From Bdellovibrionales bacterium (GTDB taxonomy: Bacteria > Bdellovibrionota > Bdellovibrionia > Bdellovibrionales > JAGQZY01), in the NCBI GenBank assembly GCA_031426555.1, contig JANPLN010000008.1, positions 1-64,000 on the forward strand: a stretch of 64,000 nt of DNA, given 5' to 3'. Shown in pieces: positions 1 to 9,501 of the stretch (positions are counted from its first letter, which is position 1; each line of letters starts with the position of its first letter). The notes under the pieces are model-generated. The model saw only the letters and a program-made list of their open reading frames with translations, did not search any database and was not told the DNA's origin. A program made the position numbers and the translations under genes.

Positions 1-2
1 TG

Positions 3-404
3 CAGGCCAAAACTTGGGATAAAAAAATTAAAAAAGGAAAAGGTCCGGAAGAAAAAATTTATGAGTGGCAAATTCTTCCCTACTCACAAAACGTATTGTC
101 TGCAGTTTATTACATGCGAACTTTTCAGTACAAAGTGGGCAAAGAAATTTCTATGCGCGTGGGTCACGAGGGAAAAAATATTATAATGAAGGCCAAGATA
201 CTCCGCGAAGAAAAGTTAAGCACAGCGGTAGGAACGCTTGATACCTTTGTAATTAAGCCTGAGTTCGAAATCGATGGCGTTTTTAAACCGGTGGGCGATA
301 TTTTTATGTGGATCACTAACGACACACATCACCGCATTGCGCGAATCGAATCAAAAATAAAAATTGGCAAAGTTGTTGTTAATTTGCAAAAAATTTCTCC
401 ATGA
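3..404 (+). CDS. DUF3108-like protein, 5'-truncated by the window edge
   Basis: The frame is open from position 3. The motifs 'QNVLSAVYYMR', 'LSTAVGTLDTFVIKP' and 'WITNDTHHRIARIESKIKIG' resemble DUF3108 C-termini. Confidence 0.6.
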   Translation, partial: QAKTWDKKIKKGKGPEEKIYEWQILPYSQNVLSAVYYMRTFQYKVGKEISMRVGHEGKNIIMKAKILREEKLSTAVGTLDTFVIKPEFEIDGVFKPVGDIFMWITNDTHHRIARIESKIKIGKVVVNLQKISP

Positions 405-1435
405 TTTTATACGTTCAAACAGCCTTCTTAGGAGACTTGTTACTCAGTATCCCAACTCTCAAGCGGCTTCGAGAAATCTACCCAGATCAAGAAGTTCACC
501 TTCTATGTCGAAAAAATTTGGGTTCTCTGCTCAAAGAAAATGGTTTGGTGGATGTGGTCCACGATCAGTTTTCAAGCACCAAGCCCACACTTTTTGAAAT
601 TAAAAAAATATTTTCGAGACTCAACTTTGATGTGCTGATTTGCCCCCACGAATCGTTTCGCTCTACGTTTATCAGCGCTCTTATCAATGCCAAACGTAAG
701 ATCGTTTATAAAAACTGGGTCAACTCTTTAGTATTCTCTGAATGCGTCAAGCGCCCCATGAATCTCCCAGAGGTTTTACGTCAATTGTCTTTGTTGCGTT
801 TGTTAGACGTACAAACAGAGTCGCACTTTGCCGGTTTGACGGAGTCCACTGCTCCCTTCACGACGATCCCTGCATGGACAGCCATGACTGTGCCGCGCTA
901 TCAAGATGATTTTAAAAAAAGTGAATGGAAAAAAAAGTACGGGTTTGTGCAGGATCTAAAAACAATTTGCTTGGCTCCGGGGAGTGTGTGGCCCACGAAA
1001 CAGTGGGGAGAAGAGAAGTTTTCCCAATTAGCCAGCGAGATTATAAAAAGCGGTCGCCAGGTTGTGCTCGTGGGGAGTCCCGCGGAGTCAGAGCTTTGTC
1101 AAAGAATCCAGGTTCAGGTTCCTGGAGCCATCAGTCTTGCAGGTCGTACAAGTCTTATCGAGCTTGCACAAGTCATTGCGGCAAGTGAAAAATTGGTGAG
1201 CAATGATAGTGGCGCCATGCATATCGCTGCCATGACGGGCACTTCGTCTGTGAGTATCTTTGGACCCACAGTGCTACAGTTTGGTTATCAGCCTTGGAAC
1301 GAAAGAGCTAGGGTGGTGGAGAACAAAGTGCTCCCCTGTCGCCCGTGTTCATCCCATGGGGGCAGGATCTGCCCCATCGGAACCCACGAATGTATGACTT
1401 CAGTTTCCGTGCGCGCTGTGGAACCTTTGCTCTAA
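401..1435 (+). CDS. Glycosyltransferase family 9 (LPS heptosyltransferase, WaaF/WaaC-like)
   Basis: N-terminal 'QTAFLGDLLL', 'LAPGSVWPTKQW', 'SNDSGAMHIAA', 'IFGPT' and C-terminal 'CRPCS..G...CP' motifs. The start overlaps the upstream stop (ATGA). Confidence 0.92.
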   Translation: MILYVQTAFLGDLLLSIPTLKRLREIYPDQEVHLLCRKNLGSLLKENGLVDVVHDQFSSTKPTLFEIKKIFSRLNFDVLICPHESFRSTFISALINAKRKIVYKNWVNSLVFSECVKRPMNLPEVLRQLSLLRLLDVQTESHFAGLTESTAPFTTIPAWTAMTVPRYQDDFKKSEWKKKYGFVQDLKTICLAPGSVWPTKQWGEEKFSQLASEIIKSGRQVVLVGSPAESELCQRIQVQVPGAISLAGRTSLIELAQVIAASEKLVSNDSGAMHIAAMTGTSSVSIFGPTVLQFGYQPWNERARVVENKVLPCRPCSSHGGRICPIGTHECMTSVSVRAVEPLL

Positions 1436-1446
1436 ATAGCAAAGGA

Positions 1447-2832
1447 TTATTTTTTGCTATAATCCTTCGGATTTATACTAAATTTCTTAATCTTTCGCAG
1501 CAACGTGTTTTTCGGAATGTTTGCGTTCGCAACAGTCTGGTTGATCTTGCCGTTGTTCACTTTAAGCGCATTAATAATAAAATCCCTCTCAGCGTCTTCT
1601 TTAAATTTCTCAAAATTCAAAGCTGTTCCTGCATTCGAATCTTGATTCAGTAGATTCTGAAAATTCTCCGGCAACTGCGAAATGGAAAGTCGGCTATCGG
1701 TATTCATGATGGTAAAGCGTTCGATCAAATTTTCAAGTTCGCGAATATTTCCTGGCCACAGATGCTTTTTAAAAACTTGTAAAACGGCAGGATCCACTGC
1801 AGGGATGGGTTTGTCGTACTTTTCGCTAAATTTTTTAAGAAAATACAGAGTCAGATTTTCTATGTCCTCAAGGCGTTCTCTCAAAGGGGGTAAAAAGATG
1901 GGCATCACGTTAAGACGGTAATAAAGATCCTCGCGAAAGCGACCTTCAAGGATCATCTTTTCCAAATTCTGATTTGTCGCCGTGACAATGCGAGCGGATG
2001 TTACAAGCTCTCGATTGGAACCCACAGGATTAAACTTTTTTTCTTGAAGAACACGTAGAAGTTTAACCTGGGTTTCCGGCTTTAACTCGGCAATTTCGTC
2101 GAGAAACAGCGTTCCGTCGTTGGCCAATTGAAATTTTCCAATTTTTCGCTCGTCGGCTCCAGTAAAGGCTCCTTTTTCGTGACCAAAGAGTTCGCTCTCT
2201 ATGAGACTTTCTGCGAGAGCTGCGCAGTTGATAGCTATGAATGGCGAAAGTTTACGGTGCGAATTGTAGTGCACGGCTTGCGCCACAAGTTCTTTTCCGG
2301 TGCCGTTTTCTCCGCGAATCAGCACGGTGGTGTCGACTTTACAAACTTTGTAAACCAGATTAAATACTTCGCGCATCTTTTGTGATTCGCCAACAAAGTC
2401 TGTATTGACGTCATCGTCAAAGATGGGCAACGAGGCGACGACATCTTCGACCAGCTCTTTGGCCTCTTGCGACTTTTTGTAAATTTCTATGAGCTTTCCG
2501 CGCTGGATCGGTTTTTCGAGGTAATCAAAGGCACCCTCTTTAATAGCGTCGATGGCATCGCGAACATTGGTATGAGCGGTAAGGATAACGACAAACGTTC
2601 GCGGATCAATAGACTTAATTCGATGGAGGGCAGAGAGACCATCCATCTGCGGCATTTTCACATCCATGATGATCAGGTCATAAAAATGACTCTCAACTTT
2701 TTCGACGGCCTCAAGCCCATTCATCGCCTGTTCGCAAATAACATCTGGCAGTTCCTGCTGAAACATAGAGATAACAGAGGATCTTAAATCAGCCTCATCA
2801 TCAACAATTAAAACACGATTTTTCTTTTCCAT
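1447..2832 (-). CDS. Sigma-54-dependent NtrC/AtoC-family response regulator (REC-AAA+-HTH)
   Basis: Receiver domain (LIVDDE, MDVKMP), Walker A GENGTGKE, GAFTGA loop, LFLDEI, WPGNIREL and a C-terminal Fis-type HTH. Confidence 0.95.
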   Translation of the reverse strand: MEKKNRVLIVDDEADLRSSVISMFQQELPDVICEQAMNGLEAVEKVESHFYDLIIMDVKMPQMDGLSALHRIKSIDPRTFVVILTAHTNVRDAIDAIKEGAFDYLEKPIQRGKLIEIYKKSQEAKELVEDVVASLPIFDDDVNTDFVGESQKMREVFNLVYKVCKVDTTVLIRGENGTGKELVAQAVHYNSHRKLSPFIAINCAALAESLIESELFGHEKGAFTGADERKIGKFQLANDGTLFLDEIAELKPETQVKLLRVLQEKKFNPVGSNRELVTSARIVTATNQNLEKMILEGRFREDLYYRLNVMPIFLPPLRERLEDIENLTLYFLKKFSEKYDKPIPAVDPAVLQVFKKHLWPGNIRELENLIERFTIMNTDSRLSISQLPENFQNLLNQDSNAGTALNFEKFKEDAERDFIINALKVNNGKINQTVANANIPKNTLLRKIKKFSINPKDYSKK

Positions 2833-2846
2833 AAAATATGCCTTCC

Positions 2847-4430
2847 TTATACTAAGGGTAATTTAAATCCGACTTTTGAGCCACTGAGGCCATCACTCTC
2901 TACAAATACGCTTCCATCATGAGCTTCAACAAAATATTTCACAAGGTACAAACCAAGTCCAGTCCCGTCGGTGTTTTCGTCCGTGCGGTAGAATTTTCTC
3001 CAGATCTTATCCTGATCTTCCATTTTAATCCCGCAACCATGATCCTCAATTGAAACAACGACAAAATTTTCTTCCTCGCTGGAAGAAACATGAATCGTTG
3101 TTGAGTGAGGCGAAAACTTGATCGCGTTTTCGAGAATATTTAGAATAATCTGCTGAACTAAATCTTTATCACAATTGATCGAAAACAGCGGTTCGAGGTT
3201 TTCTTGGATAACGATGTCTTTTTCTTCAGCCAGTGGGCGAATCATGGAAACGCCATTTTTAATCAGCGAGTTGATATCGCAGGGTTCTATCTTTAAGAGA
3301 AATCGATTGGATTCGATTTGTGAAATTTTGAGTATGTTCTTAACGTACTGATTTAATTCGTTGCTATACTTTCGAATTTTTTGCAACCCGTCGGTGATGC
3401 GTTCGTTGATCGGCGGTTCGCCATCCAAAATTTCGATTTGTCCAAGAATCTTGGCGATCGGTGTTTTTAAGTCGTGACTGAAGAGATTCAAAAAGTTTTT
3501 CTTCATCTCATCCATTTCATCTTTATAGGCCTTTTCTTTTTCGAGTCGCCAGGCAAATTGTTCTTTTTTATCCAGTTTGTAATTTAAAAACACGAAGTAA
3601 GATGTAAAGATCTGCAAAATATAGGCTGTCAGGGGGAGCCAAACATTGAATTGATCAAACATCATGAAGCTGATTGAACTGATGACGATAATGAGAATAA
3701 AAATTCCAAGAAAAGCTAAATTACTTGAAAGGCTTAAAATCAACAAAGACACCAACGTCGTGATGATGAGGATGATCAGCATAGAGATCCAGGTGCGCAG
3801 AGGCGTAATCCAACGCTCACGTAGAACGTTATCGATCATATTGGCAATGAGCTCCGAGGTGCTTAGTTCACCCACTGGTGTTATGATCGAGTCTTCCTCG
3901 GGGTCTTGAATATCCAGGATGACAATTTTATCGCGAATGTTCGTCGGTAAAATCTTTTGATTTTTTAATTCGTAAAAATAAATTGTGGTAAAGCTGTTCT
4001 GCGGTCCACGAAAATTAATAAACGACGGAGTCTGAATCTTTTCAAGAGATTGAGCAGGCGTTAGTTTTCGGAGTAAGGACTGAGGAATACTGAGGCTTCG
4101 CAGAATACCATCGGCATCCGCTTTCAGACTTTTTCGTGGAATGAGCACGACACCACTGTATTCGTTGAGCCAGACAAGTGTTTTTCGATTCACGGGCGCG
4201 ACGAGCAAGCGTGGACTGTGTTTCTTGATTTCGTAAATAGCGGTTCGCAGATCAGCGGCCTCTGGAGGGATGTGGGCAATGATGATGTCGGAATTGACGT
4301 TTTGCGCTCCACGGAGTGTAAAATGCAAGTCGAAATTTTGAATGTTCAGGAGGAATAGAAGAAGATAGCCCGAGGCTAAACAAATAAATATACGATTGAA
4401 AAGACCTGTCTGAAGTTGCATTTTTACCAT
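2847..4430 (-). CDS. Membrane sensor histidine kinase with a CHASE2-like extracellular domain
   Basis: 'DADGILR', 'FINFRGP' and 'TPVG' CHASE2-like motifs, three TM segments, H-box SHDLKTP, N-box NAIKF and G-boxes. Start placed at the ATG at 4430 (4421 is an alternative) so it does not overlap ribF. Confidence 0.88.
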   Translation of the reverse strand: MVKMQLQTGLFNRIFICLASGYLLLFLLNIQNFDLHFTLRGAQNVNSDIIIAHIPPEAADLRTAIYEIKKHSPRLLVAPVNRKTLVWLNEYSGVVLIPRKSLKADADGILRSLSIPQSLLRKLTPAQSLEKIQTPSFINFRGPQNSFTTIYFYELKNQKILPTNIRDKIVILDIQDPEEDSIITPVGELSTSELIANMIDNVLRERWITPLRTWISMLIILIITTLVSLLILSLSSNLAFLGIFILIIVISSISFMMFDQFNVWLPLTAYILQIFTSYFVFLNYKLDKKEQFAWRLEKEKAYKDEMDEMKKNFLNLFSHDLKTPIAKILGQIEILDGEPPINERITDGLQKIRKYSNELNQYVKNILKISQIESNRFLLKIEPCDINSLIKNGVSMIRPLAEEKDIVIQENLEPLFSINCDKDLVQQIILNILENAIKFSPHSTTIHVSSSEEENFVVVSIEDHGCGIKMEDQDKIWRKFYRTDENTDGTGLGLYLVKYFVEAHDGSVFVESDGLSGSKVGFKLPLV

Positions 4431-4452
4431 TCTTGAGGTGTGATAATATATC

Positions 4453-5367
4453 ATGATAGTCGTAAGATCAATTTCTGAAGCACAATCTCTCGCTCTCAAG
4501 GGACCCACAGTGGTGAGTATTGGCAGTTTCGATGGCGTTCATCGTGGCCATCAACAACTCATCGACGCGATGTTTGAAAAAAATTCAGTCGGAAAGAAAG
4601 TGATAATCACGTTTTCTCCCCATCCTGCAAAGGTGCTCTCCTCTCAGCCGCCAGCTTTAATTTTTTCGGAGAAGGATCAAATTGAAGTATTTTCCAAAAA
4701 AGGCATCGATGTCCTGTTCTTTATCCCTTTCACGCGAGAAATCGCCAACTGTTCGGCTGAAGATTTTATTGAAACTATTTTAGTGCAAATTTTTGCTCCG
4801 AAGCTCTTGGTTATTGGATACGACTTTAGCTTCGGCAAAGGCAAACAAGGTGGTTTTGAATTGTTACAAAAGCAACTCAACCCGCGCGGCGCAAGTGTGG
4901 TGCGCATTCCCCGGTACGAAGTCGATGGAGTTATTGTTTCTAGTTCAAAAATTCGTGAATTCATTACTGCTGGTAAGGTTGATTCAGCGGCAGAACTTTT
5001 GGGTCGTCCTTACTACATCGAAGGAGTGGTTTCGCCGGGTAAGCAGTTGGGGCGAAAGCTTGGGTTTCCCACGGTCAATCTACGTTGTGAAAATGAGTTG
5101 TACCCGTCGCGGGGAGTTTATTTTTGTCAGACCACAATCGATGGCATTTCCTACAAAGGCGTGGGCAACATCGGTATTAACCCAACCACGCAAGATTCTT
5201 TAAACATTAAAGTTGAATTCCATATCCTTGATTACCAAGGGGACCTCTACGGTCGCACGCTGAGGTTTGAGCTTATTAAAATGCTGAGGACCGAAAAACG
5301 CTTTAGCAGCGTTGCGGAACTCCAAGAACAAATAGCCAGAGATGTGCAGCAGGCTCGTTCCCTCTAA
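4453..5367 (+). CDS. ribF: Bifunctional riboflavin kinase/FAD synthetase
   Basis: 'GSFDGVHRGHQ', 'GYDFSFG', 'SSSKIR', 'GRKLGFPTVN' and 'LRTEKRF' motifs. Confidence 0.97.
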   Translation: MIVVRSISEAQSLALKGPTVVSIGSFDGVHRGHQQLIDAMFEKNSVGKKVIITFSPHPAKVLSSQPPALIFSEKDQIEVFSKKGIDVLFFIPFTREIANCSAEDFIETILVQIFAPKLLVIGYDFSFGKGKQGGFELLQKQLNPRGASVVRIPRYEVDGVIVSSSKIREFITAGKVDSAAELLGRPYYIEGVVSPGKQLGRKLGFPTVNLRCENELYPSRGVYFCQTTIDGISYKGVGNIGINPTTQDSLNIKVEFHILDYQGDLYGRTLRFELIKMLRTEKRFSSVAELQEQIARDVQQARSL

Positions 5368-5502
5368 CCTTTGTCGAGTCGAGTTGACTCTGAGTCGAGC
5401 GGAACCTGGATCAAAGATAGAACTCAAAAAAATCAATAGGCTCCGACGGCCTTAAACCGTTAAATTAATAAGAGGTGTTGAGAAAATACTCAAGGAGACC
5501 TT

Positions 5503-7179
5503 GTGTCTAAAAACAATCTGGCAGAAGTTAAAAAACCAAGTGGTAAGTTGGCTCACGTACAAGCCAATCGCCGAACGAACGAATCTCTCACAGCGGCCGC
5601 CGAGCGCTTGGGCGTGACGCAGCAACAATTGGGCGAGGAGCTGGGTGAATTTTATCAAATGCCATTTATCGATCTTTCGGATTTTGAAATCGATCAAGCC
5701 GCAATCGCTATTTTAAGTGTTGAGCAATGCCGAAAATATTCTGTCATGCCGCTTTCGCGAGCGGGAAATACGTTGGTGGTTGCTTTCTCCGATCCCACTA
5801 ATTTATTCATGCGCGATGATATTTCGTATATTACGAAATGTAAAATTGAGCCAGTAGTGGCAACAGAAGGTGGCATTCAAAAAGCGATTGGGAAGTATTA
5901 TGCGAAGTCAGAGGTTGGCCAAGAAGATTACCTCAACGACTTGGGCGATGAAGAAATTCAAGAAGAAACAAAAAGTACGCACATCGGGTCAGATCCAGAT
6001 GAGGCCCCCGTCGTAAAATTTGTAAATATGATGTTGACCGAAGCGGTCAAAGAAAACGCCTCTGACATCCACGTTGAGCCCTACGAAAAAAGCATCCGCA
6101 TTCGTTTTCGCAAAGATGGCCAGTTGTTCGAAAAATATAGACCACCCAATAATATTGCTTCGGCGATTTCGTCACGTCTTAAAGTAATGGCTAAATTGGA
6201 TTTGGCCGAGCGAAGGAAGCCGCAGGATGGTCGTATCAAATTGAAGTTTAAAGACAAAGGCGATGTGGATTTTCGCGTGAACGTACTGCCCGTGGTCGAC
6301 GGTGAAAAAGTCGTCATGCGGATTATGGATAAGTCCAAAATTACAAATATCAAGCTGACAGAACTTGGTTTTACAAACGATCAGTATTTAGTGTTGCAAG
6401 CTGTTCTGCAGAAACCGCAAGGTCTAGTATTAGTTACCGGCCCCACAGGCAGTGGTAAAACCACAACACTCTATGCTTCTCTGCAGGAGATTCATGATAC
6501 GACCATCAACATTAGCACCGCGGAAGATCCGGTTGAATTTAAATTGACTGGAATCAATCAAACACAAGTGCAACCCGACATTGGATATTCTTTTGCCGAA
6601 GCCTTGCGAGCGTTCCTTCGTCAAGATCCAGACGTCATTCTGGTGGGAGAGATTCGCGACACGGAGACTGCAGAGATTGCGTTTAAAGCCGCCTCGACGG
6701 GCCACTTGGTGTTAAGTACGCTTCACACCAATGACGCTCCGGGAACCGTTTCGCGTCTCATAGAAATGGGCATTCCAGGCTATATGATAACGTCGACTGT
6801 TGAAATTATTTTGGCTCAACGTTTAGTTGGAAAAATATGCCCTGCTTGCAAAGCTGAAGATCGCGTCGATGCGGGCTTACTGGCGAAATTAAATCTTCAG
6901 GCGAAAGATCTTAAGGATATAAAATTTTTTAAAGGCCAAGGCTGTGAGACGTGTTCAGGTACCGGTATTAAAGGGCGAGTTGCCATTTACGAATTTTTGC
7001 CGATCTCGGATACAATTAAAGAAGCCGTGATGGCCAATGCAACACCACTGGATCTAAAAAGAGCTGCTCTGCGGGGTGGAATGAAATCGTTGAGAATGTC
7101 AGCAGTCGAAAAAGCCAAGCTGGGTTTGATTTCGTTGATCGAAGTTCTCAACAGTACCATGCAGGATCCTAACTTATGA
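5503..7179 (+). CDS. pilB: Type IV pilus extension ATPase PilB
   Basis: 'ASDIHVEP', 'PQDGRI', Walker A GPTGSGKTTT, 'LRQDPD', 'STLHTND' and a CxxC..CxxC zinc site. GTG start preceded by an AAGGAG RBS. Confidence 0.95.
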   Translation: MSKNNLAEVKKPSGKLAHVQANRRTNESLTAAAERLGVTQQQLGEELGEFYQMPFIDLSDFEIDQAAIAILSVEQCRKYSVMPLSRAGNTLVVAFSDPTNLFMRDDISYITKCKIEPVVATEGGIQKAIGKYYAKSEVGQEDYLNDLGDEEIQEETKSTHIGSDPDEAPVVKFVNMMLTEAVKENASDIHVEPYEKSIRIRFRKDGQLFEKYRPPNNIASAISSRLKVMAKLDLAERRKPQDGRIKLKFKDKGDVDFRVNVLPVVDGEKVVMRIMDKSKITNIKLTELGFTNDQYLVLQAVLQKPQGLVLVTGPTGSGKTTTLYASLQEIHDTTINISTAEDPVEFKLTGINQTQVQPDIGYSFAEALRAFLRQDPDVILVGEIRDTETAEIAFKAASTGHLVLSTLHTNDAPGTVSRLIEMGIPGYMITSTVEIILAQRLVGKICPACKAEDRVDAGLLAKLNLQAKDLKDIKFFKGQGCETCSGTGIKGRVAIYEFLPISDTIKEAVMANATPLDLKRAALRGGMKSLRMSAVEKAKLGLISLIEVLNSTMQDPNL

Positions 7180-8240
7180 TCACATTGATTCAATTACTCA
7201 AGTTGACTTCTGAACAAGGTGCATCGGATTTGCACATTGTGGCCGGTAGCCCCCCGTGTTTGCGCGTTGAAGGGCGAGTGATTCGAGTTAAAAGTAGTAG
7301 CCTCAATGCCGAAGACACGCGACGACTCTGCTATTCTGTACTTAACGACGCGCAAAAGAGCCGTTTTGAACAGGAAAAAGAATTAGACTTTAGTTTCGAA
7401 GTTAAAGGCTTGTGTCGCTTTCGTGGTAACTTATTTTTTCAAAAAAATTCTTTATCAGGTGTGTTTCGCCGCGTCCCTAACCATATTCCCAATTACATGG
7501 ATTTAGGACTGCCCCCGGCTATCCCGAAACTGACCGGCCTTGCCAACGGCTTGGTATTGGTTACGGGCCCAACGGGTTCCGGAAAAACAACGACCATTGC
7601 GTCGCTGATCGACAAAATCAACCAAGAAAAAGAAGGTCACATCGTGACCCTGGAAGATCCCATCGAATTTATGCATCCCCATAAAAACTGTATTGTGAAT
7701 CAGCGCGAAGTGGGCGTGGACTCCTTATCGTACTCTGAGGGTTTACGACGTTTGATGCGTCAGGATCCTGATTACTGCCTGATTGGTGAGATCCGAGATC
7801 AAGATACGGTGGAAACAGCGTTAAAACTTGCCGAAACTGGCCATTTGGTTTTTGCGACATTGCACACCAATTCGGCAGTGCAAACCATTAATCGTGTTGT
7901 GAGTATTTTTCCTTCTGATCAACAGGAGCGAATTCGTGTTGTTTTGAGTTTTACTTTACAAGCCGTGGTCAGCCAAAGGCTGATCGTGAGTACAACCGGC
8001 AAGCGCATCCTTGCTTGTGAATTCTTGTTGCTCAATGCCGGGATTCGTAATCTGATAAGAGAAGGAAAACTGCACCAAGTTCAGAACATGATGGAAGTTG
8101 GTCAAGAACGATCAGGAATGATAACTTTGAATCAAACCCTTTGTGATTTAATTCGCGCCAGTCGCATCACAGAGAAAGAGGCCTATTCCTGCACCAACAA
8201 CCCAGATGATTTGTTCAAGTTACTACAACGAGGAGCCTAA
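7176..8240 (+). CDS. pilT: Type IV pilus retraction ATPase PilT
   Basis: 'ASDLH', GPTGSGKTTT, 'EDPIEF', 'NQREVG', 'AETGHLVFATLHTN' and an AIRNLIRE-type motif (GIRNLIRE). Confidence 0.95.
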   Translation: MITLIQLLKLTSEQGASDLHIVAGSPPCLRVEGRVIRVKSSSLNAEDTRRLCYSVLNDAQKSRFEQEKELDFSFEVKGLCRFRGNLFFQKNSLSGVFRRVPNHIPNYMDLGLPPAIPKLTGLANGLVLVTGPTGSGKTTTIASLIDKINQEKEGHIVTLEDPIEFMHPHKNCIVNQREVGVDSLSYSEGLRRLMRQDPDYCLIGEIRDQDTVETALKLAETGHLVFATLHTNSAVQTINRVVSIFPSDQQERIRVVLSFTLQAVVSQRLIVSTTGKRILACEFLLLNAGIRNLIREGKLHQVQNMMEVGQERSGMITLNQTLCDLIRASRITEKEAYSCTNNPDDLFKLLQRGA

Positions 8241-9487
8241 TGGCTGTATTTAACTATCAGGCGAAAGCACTCAACGGATCTTCAGTTCAAGGACAGGTTG
8301 AGGCGACCAGCGAAAACGAAGCGCGAGTCAAAATTCGAGCGAATCGTTTAATTCCGCTCAAATTAGAAGTCATCAGTGGCGCATCTGCAGCGAGCTCATC
8401 GCCAATAGCGAGCAAAAAAACCGGAGGAATCAATTTTTCAACGGGGCCTGGAAAAGTTAAACCCAAGGATCTACAGAATTTCACGCGTCAGCTCGCCGTG
8501 CTCGTGGGTGCCGGTGTGGCCATCATACCTTCATTAGAAGCTTTGGCGACGGGGCAAAAAAGCCCGGTGTTTAGAAAAGCCATCACCGAAGTCTGCCAAG
8601 ATATTTCCACCGGAAAAAAAATGGGCCAAGCCTTTGCTCGCCAAGGACATGTGTTTGATAAATTCTATGTCAATATGATTGTTGCCGGAGAAGAGGGCGG
8701 GGTTTTAGAAATCGTTCTTAAAAGGCTTGCCGACTATATTGAAAAAGCGGTGAAAATTCAGGGGAAGATCAAAGGTGCGTTAGTTTATCCCATCGCAGTT
8801 TTAGTGATCTCGTTGCTAATTATTACTGGATTATTAATTTTTGTCGTTCCAACATTCGCCGAACTTTTCATGGGCTCGGGGATGAAGTTGCCGTTCTTAA
8901 CGCAAATGATGATGGATATGAGCACGTTTATGCAACGAACATGGTGGATGTTTGGCGTTGGAATTTTTGTGATGGTGCAGGGGCTTAAGAAGTACTACGC
9001 GACGTCCACAGGACGGCAGACGATCGACGCTCTTTTAATTCGCGCTCCTCTTTTTGGCAATCTTATCATTAAAGGTGGCCTTGCAAAGTTCACGCGAACG
9101 CTATCAACCCTTCTCAATGCGGGCGTTTCCATCATGGACGCCATGGACATCGGTGCTCAAGTCTCAGGAAATTACGTGATCGAAATTGCTATTGTTAAAG
9201 CTAAGGATGCCATTGCTTCGGGAAAGTCTATCGCAACACCGTTTTCGCAAGATAAAATGTTTCCTCCGTTAGTGGTGCAAATGATGGCCGTTGGCGAAGC
9301 AACGGGTGCGTTGGATCAAATGTTGTCAAAGATTGCCGATTTCTTTGAGGATGAAGTGGAAACCATTGTTTCAAGCATTACGACCCTCATCGAGCCTGTT
9401 ATGATTGTGGTCCTAGGGGGGATCGTGGCGTGTCTTGTTTTGGCAATGTATATGCCTATTTTCCAAATGGCAGGCGGCGTTCAGTAG
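8240..9487 (+). CDS. pilC: Type IV pilus inner-membrane platform protein PilC (T2SS-F family)
   Basis: 'FTRQLA', 'AGEEGG', 'ALVYP', 'VGEATGAL', 'EPVMIV' and 'AMYMPIF' motifs. Confidence 0.95.
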   Translation: MAVFNYQAKALNGSSVQGQVEATSENEARVKIRANRLIPLKLEVISGASAASSSPIASKKTGGINFSTGPGKVKPKDLQNFTRQLAVLVGAGVAIIPSLEALATGQKSPVFRKAITEVCQDISTGKKMGQAFARQGHVFDKFYVNMIVAGEEGGVLEIVLKRLADYIEKAVKIQGKIKGALVYPIAVLVISLLIITGLLIFVVPTFAELFMGSGMKLPFLTQMMMDMSTFMQRTWWMFGVGIFVMVQGLKKYYATSTGRQTIDALLIRAPLFGNLIIKGGLAKFTRTLSTLLNAGVSIMDAMDIGAQVSGNYVIEIAIVKAKDAIASGKSIATPFSQDKMFPPLVVQMMAVGEATGALDQMLSKIADFFEDEVETIVSSITTLIEPVMIVVLGGIVACLVLAMYMPIFQMAGGVQ

Positions 9488-9501
9488 TAAGGACACATCT
9501 G

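Noticed and set aside
4431..4508. Longer N-terminus of the histidine kinase given by the ORF track
   Set aside because: It would overlap ribF head-to-head. The ATG at 4430 or 4421 gives a normal N-terminal TM segment.
5372..5400. GAGTC/GACTC-rich overlapping palindromes between ribF and pilB
   Set aside because: Short and without a U-tract, so I cannot support a specific terminator or operator call.
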